Source: Intoshia linei
Taxonomy: Eukaryota; Animalia; Orthonectida
NCBI GenBank assembly: GCA_001642005.1
Contig: LWCA01000249.1
Coordinates: 1 to 37,133 of the forward strand
Length of the DNA: 37,133 bases
Direction: 5' to 3'
Part shown: positions 11,601 through 22,563 of the stretch, in pieces
Position numbering within the stretch: position 1 is the stretch's first letter
Layout of the letters: every line of letters starts with the position of its first letter
Notes under the pieces: model-generated
What the model saw: only the letters and a program-made list of their open reading frames with translations
Database searches by the model: none
What the model was told of the DNA's origin: nothing
Made by a program: the position numbers and the translations under genes

Positions 11601-14600
11601 CATTGAAAAAGCACATTTTGTATTCAATGTAAAATAGATATTTTCAATATAATAAAAACAATCTTACTTCTTTAAACTTCTCCATTTTTTTTTCAGTTAG
11701 TTCTATTCGTCGTTTTTCAATCGTTTCCAAGCGTAGCTGACGCTGTTTTTCCTTTTTAATTTTCATTTTTCCATCCTTTTTATTTTTTTTATCAATCCAT
11801 TTTTCTACCCTTTTAGGAATTAACCTTGAGACAATTTCGGTTGAATCACAACTCATTATTATTGTAACATCGGCAAATATTGCGCGATCTTGAATGTAAT
11901 AAACTTCCTCGACTGTACGTGGAAAACCTTCCATTATAAAACCTTTTGACCTATACGGTTCTTTATTCCACCATTGCAATATAATTTTGTCCAACAATTC
12001 ATTACTCATTGGTTCTTCACTTTCCAAATATGCTTTTATAGCCTCTTCATCTTCATCATATACTACAGATTGTTTTCTCAATTTTTCTGTTGATTCACTA
12101 AAATTGATAAATATATATTATTATATAGTATAATGGATATTATCTTCAAAACTATAATCAATAACGTAATAAAATAAACAAAAAATTTAAACTAAAGCAG
12201 AATTAATTTTTAATTAGCATCTAAAATGTATTTTTATGATTGAAGATAATATCCATTTAATGCCCGTTGTACACATATATGTTTTTAATTAACCTCAGGG
12301 AATCCTAAACATTGCTCAAATCTTTTTAGGAACTTAAGCCTTTATTCAAAAAATATGAATGTGCCATAAAAAATAATATATATAACCCGTTTACATAACA
12401 AAATTAGAAACAGCTTTCGGATTTATGGGGTTATTTGGTACCGTGTAATTTATTTAAATTTATCTTTAACTTAACGAATAATGACAAAATGTAAAAGTAA
12501 TTACTTTGCAAAGTTTACGTTTTCAGAATTCTCAGGGTTGACAGGGTTTTCGTTTGTTTCTTCGTCGGTATCACTAAAATTTTCAGTTTTCTCATCCATG
12601 GGAAAATATTCTGGTCCAATAAACGTCTTAGTTTTTTGAAATAACATATTTTGTAAAACATTTCGAAAATTAATGTAAAAAATATTTTCACGGCGTGCGA
12701 CTTCTTGTCCATGCAATGTTTTTCCACTTGCTTTCACACCAATGATAAATATGCGCGGTGCAGGTATCTAATTAAATAAGAATGTAAACATTAATTTTAC
12801 CTTTTGTGGTTTATCTAATGAAATATAATTATTCGGATTTTTCACAAAAGCTTCGCGAGCCTCAACAGTAGATAAATAGTAAATTTTTTCTTTGTATCGT
12901 GCCGAAATTTCTGAATTACTCGGTACCAATACATTTTTGTTTTTCATTCTCACTGGGCAAAAATAATTTGTATCTCCTAATTTTTTGTTTGGCGAACGAT
13001 TTGGATCAATAGACTAAATTATGCATTAATTTATTCACAATTACAAATAGAATCGTGCATTAACCTCTTCAACTAATTCTTCCTCCTCTTCTTCACTATC
13101 CTCGTTAATATTTTCGGTACTTTCTAATAAAATCCTTTCATTCTCAATATCTTGATCGTCTTCGTCTATATCCAATGCCTGTGTTTCCCAAGCATCGTAT
13201 TTAAAAGAATCTGCATAAATAATTTAACTAAAATGGTTTCCTCTAAATGAATTGTAATAAATTCCTCGTCTTTCATTTTAAAGATGAAATTACTCGGTTA
13301 GAAAATTCTCTGCATGACTACAAAAATATTATTTTTTTTAAGCAATTTTTTTAAATTTAATAATGTTTTATTATTAATATCATAACTATTATACACTGTA
13401 AAACAATTCGTTTGTTGTTCTTCTGTGTGTTATGTTTTATTTCGAAAACTTTATGTCCTAAAATTTAAAAAAACACAAATACCAAGTTAGTCTTCGAGTG
13501 TGAGGTTTTTTCGCAAATTTTATTTTCAGCAATTGGGTTTTTCAAGGTCAAAAAATTAAAATTATTTTTTTTTTTTTTAAATAAAACAAACCCTAGAATT
13601 TTATAAATTTTAAATTCTATGATATTTTTAACATAAATCGCAACCTCAAAAAAGTGCATTTTCACGATTATAACCCCAGATTAACCCTTTTATTACAAAA
13701 TTAAAATAGTCCCAGAATTTATAAAAAATTACATATAATACATTTATCTTAAGTTAATGCACAATAAAATTTTTAATCTCACCTATTGAAGTCTTCTTCA
13801 CGGATCACGGAATCTTCACGGTCAAAAAAAATTTTAAATAATTAATGGTCATACAATTCAAAAAACGATTTTGATATAGCTTATTCCAGTAAATATAGAA
13901 ACAAAATTTACACCCCATAAATCTACGTATTCCTGGTCAAAAACTGTTTTTACCATTTTATCATCAAATATTTAAAAAAATTGAATTTGTTTTGGCTCAT
14001 AAATTAAATCATTTTCCTGCCTATAATTTGATAAAAAATCAATTTTCAACCAAAATATGTATTAAAAAAATTTTTATATTCATCTGATAAAAATAAAAAA
14101 AAAATATATGAAATCACCAATCCTTTAAAAATAGTTACAAAAAAGTTTTGGAACTTTTGCTATATAGGGTTCGTAAAAGTGAATGGAACCATGTTAGGTA
14201 ATAGTCAGATTTAATAGATTTTAGTTCAAATATAATTTTTTGTGTAAAATTAAAAAAGACCGACCTCAGCAGAACTAGATACTGTTTGTACAAAGTACAT
14301 AACAGTCAAGCTCGTTATTATACATTTAATATAAACATTAAATTTAGTATAGATTACCAGAAATTATTTTTTCAACTTCGGTTGAGATGTCATCAAGATT
14401 TTTGTCTTTTGTCAATTTTTCTGGCTCTTCTGATATAGGTTTATCTGCTTTAGCTTCCTCAAAAGATACATTAATATATGTAGGTTCTAGGGGTAAATTT
14501 CCGATTGCTACATAAAATTCCCTGTCGTAGTTTTCTATTATTTTCCTTTGTATATCGATAATTTCTAATTTTGATACATCCTAAAATTTAACACATTACA

Positions 14601-17600
14601 CATTACATATTTTGTATTTTATGTACATTGTACCATTGTACGTATAATTGGTTCACGTTAATAAATTCTTTAGAAATGTATGTATCTGTTAAAATTTGTC
14701 GTGTGATTGTCGTTGACGGTCCAGTGGGCATTAGCATATATCTTTATTAATTAATCAAACATAAAATAATTTTTACAGGTTTATACTTTATTGGTATTAT
14801 GCCTTTTTTCAACTTAAATTTTTTTAAGTGAATCTAAGATGAATAAGGAAAGACATTAATCTTATTGAACGCTTATGTTTGATTTTATCAAATTCTAGTG
14901 TTATACTAAACAAATATTCATAACTAAACAGCTAAGAATGATTAAAGTTGGTGTTTACCAAATTACCGTTAAATGGTTATACCGTAGATATAGACGTAAT
15001 TTTTGTTAAATACTGTATGTAAAGTTATAAAAATTATAAAATACCGAAAATTTAACAATAAAATTGTTATCCATTGATAAGTCTGAAAATGTTTCAAGTT
15101 CATCTTTTTCGTCGGCAAAAGATACATTTTTTTCTTCTTTTTCTAGAGGAGTTTCATCTACTTGTCCAACTACTTGTTCCTCTTCAGCAATTTGACTTGT
15201 ATCAACCTCACCGTCTTTAGTAATTACCTGATCATTAGCATCATGTTTTCCTACTTCGTTTTCTATTACTATTTCATTTTCTTTTTCAATTTCGATATCT
15301 TGCTTCTTTTGTTCCAATTCCACTTCTTTCGCTTTGATTTCATCGATTTGAATTTTTTTCAATCGTTTTTGGTCTAAAACAACTATAAATAGTTTATATC
15401 AGAACTTGAAAAATTTCATATGGTTTTTTAGGGCTTTTTTCTATTAATTTTTAAAAATTTTGTAGCTAATTTTAATCAAAAATAATCTTCAAAATATTTA
15501 AAAAATGTTTCTTTAAGAACCCTACCGAATCTTGAGACCAAAATTATCTTCAAAATTTGTAAAAATTTCAAACCAAAAAAATTTCCCTCAAAAATCATAC
15601 CAAATTTTGGGACCAATATTATTTTCAAAATATTTTAAAAATGGTGGAAAAAGTGTTCCCTTAAGATCCTGATCTAATTTTTGGATCAAAATTATCTTTA
15701 AAATCTTTGAGAATTTGGCAAAAAAAAACTTCCCTTAAAAACTCCACTAAATTTTGATCCCAAAATTATATTCAAAATATTCAAAATCTTCAAAATGTTA
15801 AAAATTGGGTCAAAAATTCCCATAAAATCATTACTAAATTTTGGTCTTAAAATTATGTTTAAAATTGGATCATCTCGTGGGCCACTTTGTTATATTAAAA
15901 ATTATATATTTACTCAAGGGGCCACCAAAATTATTCTGTAGGCCACTGGTTACCGATCCCTGTGTATATTAATACTTTTGTAATATTCAGCTTTGACAAT
16001 ATCCTGATTCACATCACACCAACGAGTTAAAATTGAATTAAATTCAATAGACCCATCAAACAATTTGATAAATTGATCTGGCATAACCAGCGAATCGGTT
16101 AAAACGGAAAAATATTCTTTAGAAATGGGATAATTGTCCACTATCCATCCTCCTTGTCTAAGATGTATCATTAAAAACCAAGTTATATGGACGTAAATTA
16201 TTACAAATATGGATGGTCCAATCCTAATTTAATTCTTCTAGCTTCTTCAATCGTTTTAATCCTTTCTTCCAATACATTTTTATAGATTTCAGGAGCTATT
16301 TTCGGGATGGATCTGGATGCATCAATCATTAGTTTATTTACAATTTCCACCACTTCCTGATGTGTTTCATCAATTTCTAAACATTTCTGTACGATATATT
16401 CCATTGCCTGTGGTTCATTTGTTATCTTTTCCACTAAAATTTGTTTTAAATTATTAAATCTTAAATCTACAGTCAGATTTTACTAATTCCAATGTGGTAA
16501 GGTTTAATCTATCAATTTTTTCCGATATAATATATTTTTCTTCAATGCTTTCATCCTTCGTTTCTTTTTCAAGTTCTTTTTCAAGTTCTTTTTCAATTTT
16601 ATTCTCATTTTCAGGCTTAATTTCAAATTGATTTCCGTTTTCATTGTCCACCTCAATTTCATTGTGACTATTTTTATTTTCAGTTTCTATTTTAATTTCT
16701 TCATCTTCTAATTCAATTAATATTATTTGCTATAAAAAATGTAATGGATGAAATTATTATTTAAAATATATTTTGATAGATTAGGGTAAAATACTTGGAA
16801 AACTTGTAATGATTTCTAAAAATTTCTTCATATATTTTTCCCCAATTTACATTTTTTTTTTTATTTTTTTTATTTTATAAATACTGAGGTTAAGTTAATA
16901 TTTCATCCTTAAAGTCTGCCGAGCGCAGTTGCATGTATTTCATTACCATCATCTAATCCTATTTCCAAATCGTTCTCTCTCTCTTCGCGTTCTGATAATA
17001 TACCTAGTTATAATGTAATATTCAAATATACATTCAATTAAAATACCTTTCCAAATTTCTTGTAAAGTATGGTTTAATTTGGTTGACACCTCACCAATTG
17101 CAGATTCAAAAGATTCACTTCTACTTTTGTCTAAATAATCTGCTTCATTTTTTTTTAAGTATTCTTCCATTTCCATGTTCATATTAATAACCTATAAAAA
17201 CATAAAAAATTTTTATAACGTAAATATTTATCTAAATTAATAATTATCATACTGTGCATTCATAAAAATGGGCTAGAATATAACATAAGCTAGATTTTCC
17301 AGACAATTGTGGCCCACAAATAAACATTTTAATGGGTTTTCTGGGCATATTTGGTACAAGGTATCTTCTTGGATTTTCACAGAATTTACGCGCTCGTTCA
17401 TGGTTGGATAAGAAATACATCTTGTCCAAATAAGAGTAAGCTAATTCCGATCTTCCGTTCGTGAAGACCCCTTCTGCTAATGCAACAGGACAGACACATT
17501 TCCATTTTGATCTTCTCCAACGATATGTTGGATAAATTGTGTTTTTACAAGACGTTATTCTCAATATATCTTCTACTTCTTCTTCGCTGCCTATTGGAAT

Positions 17601-20600
17601 GGACGATAGTTCATTCGTTGATTCCTGCCCATCTGTGTCTCCATTATCTGACAAAAGTTTAGCCATTGGTGATGGATAGTGCCCCAAAGACTTTAATCTC
17701 CACGATATCGACTATACATGAGGTCAGTATTATTAAAATACTAATTAGTTACATATATTCAAATAATACCTTGATTATTTCATCAATACTCTTGTTTCCA
17801 TCAATATCGATTATTTTTTCATGGTCGTATTCCATTATTAAATTCTGTAAGTGGTATATAATATTTTTCGAAAAATTACAGTGCAGTTGAAATTATTATC
17901 ATAATATCGACATGTATCTAGTGATTCGATTTATCCGGGTGACTCTGTCAATTTTCAACGTGTTTCAATGTAAATAGAAGAATATGGCTTAAAATCTTAA
18001 GGTTAAGGTTTAAACAAATGTATTTACTTAAAAATTTTACTATTTGTGATGTTTGCATTTCTATTCTACCCTGGAACATTTATTTATACAATTTGAAAAA
18101 ATGTATTACTATTTTTACAATTTATTAACATGTACTGTGTTAAGTGTTAATAATTTTTCAATTTTTCTCTATCTTTCAATAGTATATTTTATTAATGATT
18201 AGTAAATACCTCTATGAGCGGTAACATAAAATTGTTATAATTGTCCAATTCGCGTTTGATGTGCAGAGTTTCGAATTCTGGAGGACATACCAATCGTTGA
18301 ATTATTTTATGAGGAATTATTTTATTTCCTTTAATAGGCTATATTTTTTTATTATTTAATTATAATTATAGTATACATTATATATTATATTGTATTAGTA
18401 TTTCCTGAAATCTCAGTAGATTTATAAACAAAAATTAAATTGCGGTGCAGCGGTATTACCGTTGGCACTTCACGACCGGTTAATACCCTTCTGTACGGAT
18501 GGAACATTCTATTTTATATAAATAAGGATAATTACATTCTCTATTCGGTAATCATCTGTATTTTTAAAGTTTGCAGCCGAGTTTTCTTTGTTTTGATTAT
18601 CTTCTAGTTCTGGATCAAACTCTTCTTCTACTTCTTCCATTTCTTCTTCAATTTGTTCTTCTTCGTCATTTTCTTTAATTAATTTAATTGGGTTCTAAAT
18701 GATTAGATATTTTTACAAAATGGTAAGGTTTTATGAAAAGTCAACTTCGTTAACGTTTTATTTGTACCTTTCGGGTGTATTGACTTTTAGTGTAAACGTA
18801 ACTTGTTTTTATGTCAATTCTCTTTCCTATTATTCTTTTAAGGACGTCTTTGTCTCTCATCTAATAAATTTATTGGTTTAATTTTATATATACAATGTGC
18901 ATTGTAGATCCGAACTTACGCAGATCGATACCATTCGAAAATGAAAAATAGATCCTAATAATGAATATTTCTGAAAATAATGTGTAATGTCATATAAACC
19001 TATAATCCCTACTCCCCTCTCGAAAAGTCTTAAAATTAAAATTGAAATTTTAAATTTAACACACAAAATACAATGTATATTGTACATTTTACATTAGGGT
19101 GGACACAATTTCAATATTTTTTAATTTTTTATGGGCCATTATCCAGAAAGTTTCGTTTTGTTAAGTTAACTTGAAATACAAAATTTTAACAAAATTTGAA
19201 AACTCTACGAGGGTGCTCAAGGATACTGAATTTTAGTATACGATTTTTATACATAACTATGTATGAGTAAAATATACCGAGGGCTTATCTTAGTTTGACC
19301 ATATTTAAGATAATATTGATTACGGAGACGTTCAGTTTGGCGAAAACTATTGTGTTTAAATAATTACCAAAGGTTTGTAGGTGTGCCTAATTAAAAAAAA
19401 TCCAATATTTTTAATATTTCGTAAATGTATAATAGCATGCAAAAAGCTAATATTGTTTCACTTTTCGAATTGATCAGAGCCCGAAGAGCTATAATTTTCA
19501 TTAAAATTCATTTAAATAAAGGCCTATCAGAAAATGTAAAAAAAAATTTACTATGAAAATTGTGTCCACCTTATTGTACAAGTTATGATTTTATTTTTTC
19601 CTTCGTATTTGTAAATAAAATTGTTTCTGAAAATGAATAAAGCATGGTTGAACTGCGATACGCTACAACGAGTTTTGACAGTGTCAACTTAATACCTTAA
19701 TATTGTATTACTATAAATTATAGTGTATAATGATTAAATGTAATTTTTGAACTACATAAAAAAATTGAATTAATTTTTTCATCCAACCATTTGTCAATAA
19801 AAAGATTTAATTTATATTTTTTCAGTTATATGAAAAAAAGCAATTAATTGAAAATCTATATATAGTTTCATTTTTCAATTAATTATAATTAATTGCAATC
19901 CCTGTTTACAATTTGCAATTTAGCCTGAAGGACTTAATTTTTTTAAAAGATAAAATCATCTCTCGTATTATGAAAAACATTCTATAATGGACATTCTGAG
20001 ACGCGTCTTAAAATCCTTAATATTAACGTAAATTTCAGCATCATAAATTTACATCTTTATGGTCAAAAACACAAATTACCCTTTATTTAAAACGTGAACA
20101 AAGTCTAGAAAAAAAGTTTAAAAAAATTAAACTTAAACAGTTATATCAGTCAACATACACAAAAAATTTCAATCTGACAAAATGATACTTTCACGGTCAA
20201 AAAACCACTTTAATATTCATTTTTTTTAATTTGGTAACTATTTTATTAAAAAAAATATTTAATAACTAATAGTCCCAGATTATAAAAAAAGATTATTCTG
20301 ATACCGCTCATCGCACATGATCTACAATACAGTAAAATATAAGTAGGTAAAAAATATATAATAATACTATATAATACATGAAGATAAATAATAAAATCAG
20401 GCTTATTTTTCCAATTCTTCATGAAATCAATTTGAGACTGATAACTCATAAACTCTTCACTTATTGATGGATATTCATCAATAATATACCCTAAATTTTT
20501 CATTAATTGAGATTCTACATTGTAAACTATTATATATCCTTACTTAAATAATTATATAAGTAAGAATTCTATAAGTGTGTGTTTCACTTTATTTCAATAA

Positions 20601-22442
20601 CTACTAGTCTTAGAATTATATAAAGTCCACATTTCAATTGCAGTTTTTTCCGGGTGATAATACGACAAATTTAAATCTCCAAAACTCACACCTTACGAAT
20701 CAGAAACCCTAATTATCCTTTTTTTTGAAAATCAAACGAATTGGAGAATTTAAAAAAATATGGGTGGTACATTTATATCCTGTTAACACACACAAAAAAT
20801 TTCAATCTGAATAAGTGACGACTTCATGATCAAAAAGCATTTTGATATTCATATATTTTTTTTCCGATATATTTTATTAAAAAAAAATGTGAAATAATTA
20901 ATGGTCTGAAAATTAAAAAAAAATAAAAAATATTCTGATAGAGCTTATTCCAATTGATATAATTACAAAATTTCAATCCCAGAAATTTGGGGATTCCTGG
21001 TGAAAATAATTTTTATTACATTATCAACCAATATTTTTTCAAATATTCGATTAAATTAAAAATTGGAAATATAAATATGGATCCTACAATTTCAAAAAAA
21101 ATGTGCATGAACGTCTACACATTTCCAATAAAGAAATATGGGTGATCTGATTGAAATGTGGTCTTTAAAAATTTCTAAGACGGGTAGTTATTTAAATAAA
21201 GTTGAACACACACACAGACACACACAGACACACACAAACAAAAATGGCGTCGCATTTTATATAAGTTAGGATATGTTATACATTTTATATCATCGTTTTA
21301 CAAATGTGGATCCAAGTGCCACAGGCGGTCCCAAAACAAAATGACATACTAAATATTTAGATATTATTTTCTTTGACACATACCATCTCCTTATACGACA
21401 TATTAGTGTAATGAAGAACTACCAGGGGCCCGGTCAGATAAAAATTTTAGCCTACATAAATAAAAATAAAAAAAAATTTATACTCCATTCATAATTAAAA
21501 TATTTAGTTTTATTAATAAACCCACTAACATGAAGATTAAACTAAAATTTATAAATTAGTATGATAGTGTGTGCATGATCGGGGCGTTTTTGCTAAAGTG
21601 CCTCATGTGATCAATAAAACATTTAAATCTAAGATTATCCTAATTTTGCACATTTGAATAATGTTATAATATTATCTATTAATTAAGAATATTAGGTCAT
21701 GATCATAAGCCACTAACCGCTCTCCACGGCTCAATAACAACCTGACATTAAAAAATTGTAATACATATAATATATCAGTAATATCTGCTAAAATAATAAT
21801 TATTGTCGTGTCGTAGACACGAATCATCTTAAAACAGTGACAATTTCGAAATTTTGAAATTTAAGAACTGTTGATAAATATAAATACTATACCACTATTT
21901 TTACAAATTTGAGAATTTGTAAATTGGTAAATAAGCTTGACTGCATTTTCTTCCGTAATAGAATTTCCAGATTCTAAAATATCACGGATACTGGAATCCA
22001 TTTCACTTTTTTTGCTATTATTTTGATCATTAATAACATCTTTGGACAAATCCAGCGAAAATTGAACAATATTGGCACCTTTTATAAAAGTAATTATCAA
22101 TTGAGTTATTAATCACTTTACATGAAATATTAAATGAATTCCAAATTTTTGAAAATTTTCGTGCGATAGTAGATTTTCCTGTTCCAGGTTTACCAATAAT
22201 TAAAAAAGAAATTGGTTTTTTCAATAAAGCCTGTAACTCTGCCTGTAAGAATTAATATCAAACTTTAAACTTTTATAATACTTTATCATTATTGAAATAA
22301 TCGACTTTAGCGCAAATTTTAGAAATTTCGGCTTCAGAAATGCCGTAACTCGTTGAAAAGTCAACATTGGGTGGACAATAAATATATTTTGTATCCTAAA
22401 AATTTCATAAAAAAGTATAAAATCCAAAATTACTAAACTCAT
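2638..22442 (-). CDS. AK9: Adenylate kinase 9 (large multi-AK-domain axonemal/sperm kinase), many exons
   Basis: Four P-loops: GKPGTGKS (~22180), GPQLSGKS (~17300), GVKASGKT (~12730), GPPKSGKT (~9135). Repeated (Y/W)CPV(S/T/A) YHS-like motifs and acidic linkers. AK9-type C-terminus LPMSGYLEQTMADQLI...KPKRPFLS...YLACHMKATNPKSSSY...DFD, with stop at 2638. N-terminus DYFNNDK|AELQALLKKPISFLIIGKPG. Start at 22442 is inferred via a 9-nt first exon. Not every internal exon was phased. Confidence 0.93.
3618..4942 (+). pseudogene. MAPKAPK2: Unprocessed MAPK-activated protein kinase (MK2/MK3-like) pseudogene nested in AK9 intron 3528-6232
   Basis: Exons 3618-3770, 3971-4110, 4146-4204, 4244-4313, 4682-4815 and 4867-4942 give VLGRGVNGKV...YALK, LIVME..TGGELF, IAHR|DLKP*NLLY, TPCYTPFYV|APEVL...YDYSCDIWSLGVI. 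Lesions: TAA at 3977 and 4695, DFG->DFR (4752), donor GT->AT (4314). No LCGYPPF exon found downstream. Confidence 0.88.
4493..4530 (+). mobile_element. hAT-type MITE left-end fragment
   Basis: GC-rich CAGTAGCGGATCTAGGAGGGTGCAGGGGG inside a kinase intron; no matching right end seen. Confidence 0.35.
4954..5660 (+). mobile_element. Non-autonomous Helitron-like repeat, family A copy
   Basis: Starts A|TCCTTACTTATATAA, then a (TG)-rich tract and ~700 bp shared with copies at 7046, 9779, 20537, 31030-31742 and 33245-33939. Right boundary is approximate. Confidence 0.7.
7046..7870 (+). mobile_element. Family A copy ending in an inverted family A 5' end
   Basis: A|TCCTTACTTATATAA start; homology runs to ~7690. 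7808-7870 (...ACACACAC...TTTTATATAAGTTAAGA) is the reverse complement of the family start. Confidence 0.7.
9779..10105 (+). mobile_element. Family A copy, 3'-truncated
   Basis: A|TCCTTACTTATG start with shared blocks CTACCAGTCTTAGAATTTTATAAAGTCCACATTTCAA and AAATCAAACGAGTT. Confidence 0.7.
10758..11539. mobile_element. Degenerate hAT (Charlie/Buster-like) MITE
   Basis: Ends CAGTGGATCC... and ...TTGGGAACAACTG resemble the intact Charlie-like MITE ends in this window; TSD not conserved. Confidence 0.45.
11040..11440. repeat. ~175-bp tandem repeat, about 2.3 units
   Basis: TTACCAAATCTTACGAGTAACA recurs at 11071 and 11246, with a degenerate copy at 11420. Confidence 0.8.
13380..14314 (+). mobile_element. 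Apparently full-length, diverged non-autonomous Helitron (family A relative)
   Basis: 5' A|TC start. Internal blocks shared with family A (TCACGGTCAAAAAA, AGCTTATTCCAGT, AATCTACGTATTCC). 3' hairpin CTGTTTGTAC-AAA-GTACATAACAG followed by TCAAGCTCG|T; CTAG occurs at this position in the related termini at 24431 and 34844. Confidence 0.6.
15455..15948. repeat. Imperfect ~60-70 bp tandem array ending in a hAT-like terminus
   Basis: About 6 degenerate units of AAATTTTGGGACCAAAATTATCTTCAAAAT...TTCCCTTAA, followed by ...GGGGCCACC...GTAGGCCACTG (15948). Confidence 0.55.
19097..19571. mobile_element. TIR MITE, superfamily uncertain (possibly PIF/Harbinger-like)
   Basis: Inverted termini TTA-GGGTGGACACAATTT ... 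AAATTGTGTCCACC-TTAT. Confidence 0.65.
19585..19904 (+). mobile_element. Family B hAT MITE, 3' fragment
   Basis: Shares ATAAAGCATGG...GATACGCTACAACGAGT.TTGACA.TGTCAA with the copies at 24191 and 34653; ends ...GCAATCCCTG. Confidence 0.7.
20537..21271. mobile_element. Family A copy capped by an inverted family A 5' end (fold-back structure)
   Basis: Starts TA|TCCTTAC. 21150-21271 is the reverse complement of the first ~110 nt of the family and ends AGTTAGGA|TA. Confidence 0.75.
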
Positions 22443-22563
22443 TTCAAGTTTTTATATTGATAAGTTTTACATTTGTATTGGAGATTCACTGTAACCAACA
22501 ATAGACAATAATTTATTTATTAAAATTGTTAAAACAATAAATGATCATTGATCACTAAAATCA

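Noticed and set aside
11040-15860. CRISPR-like interpretation of the periodic repeats
   Set aside because: The context is eukaryotic, whole units are repeated with no unique spacers, and there are no cas genes.
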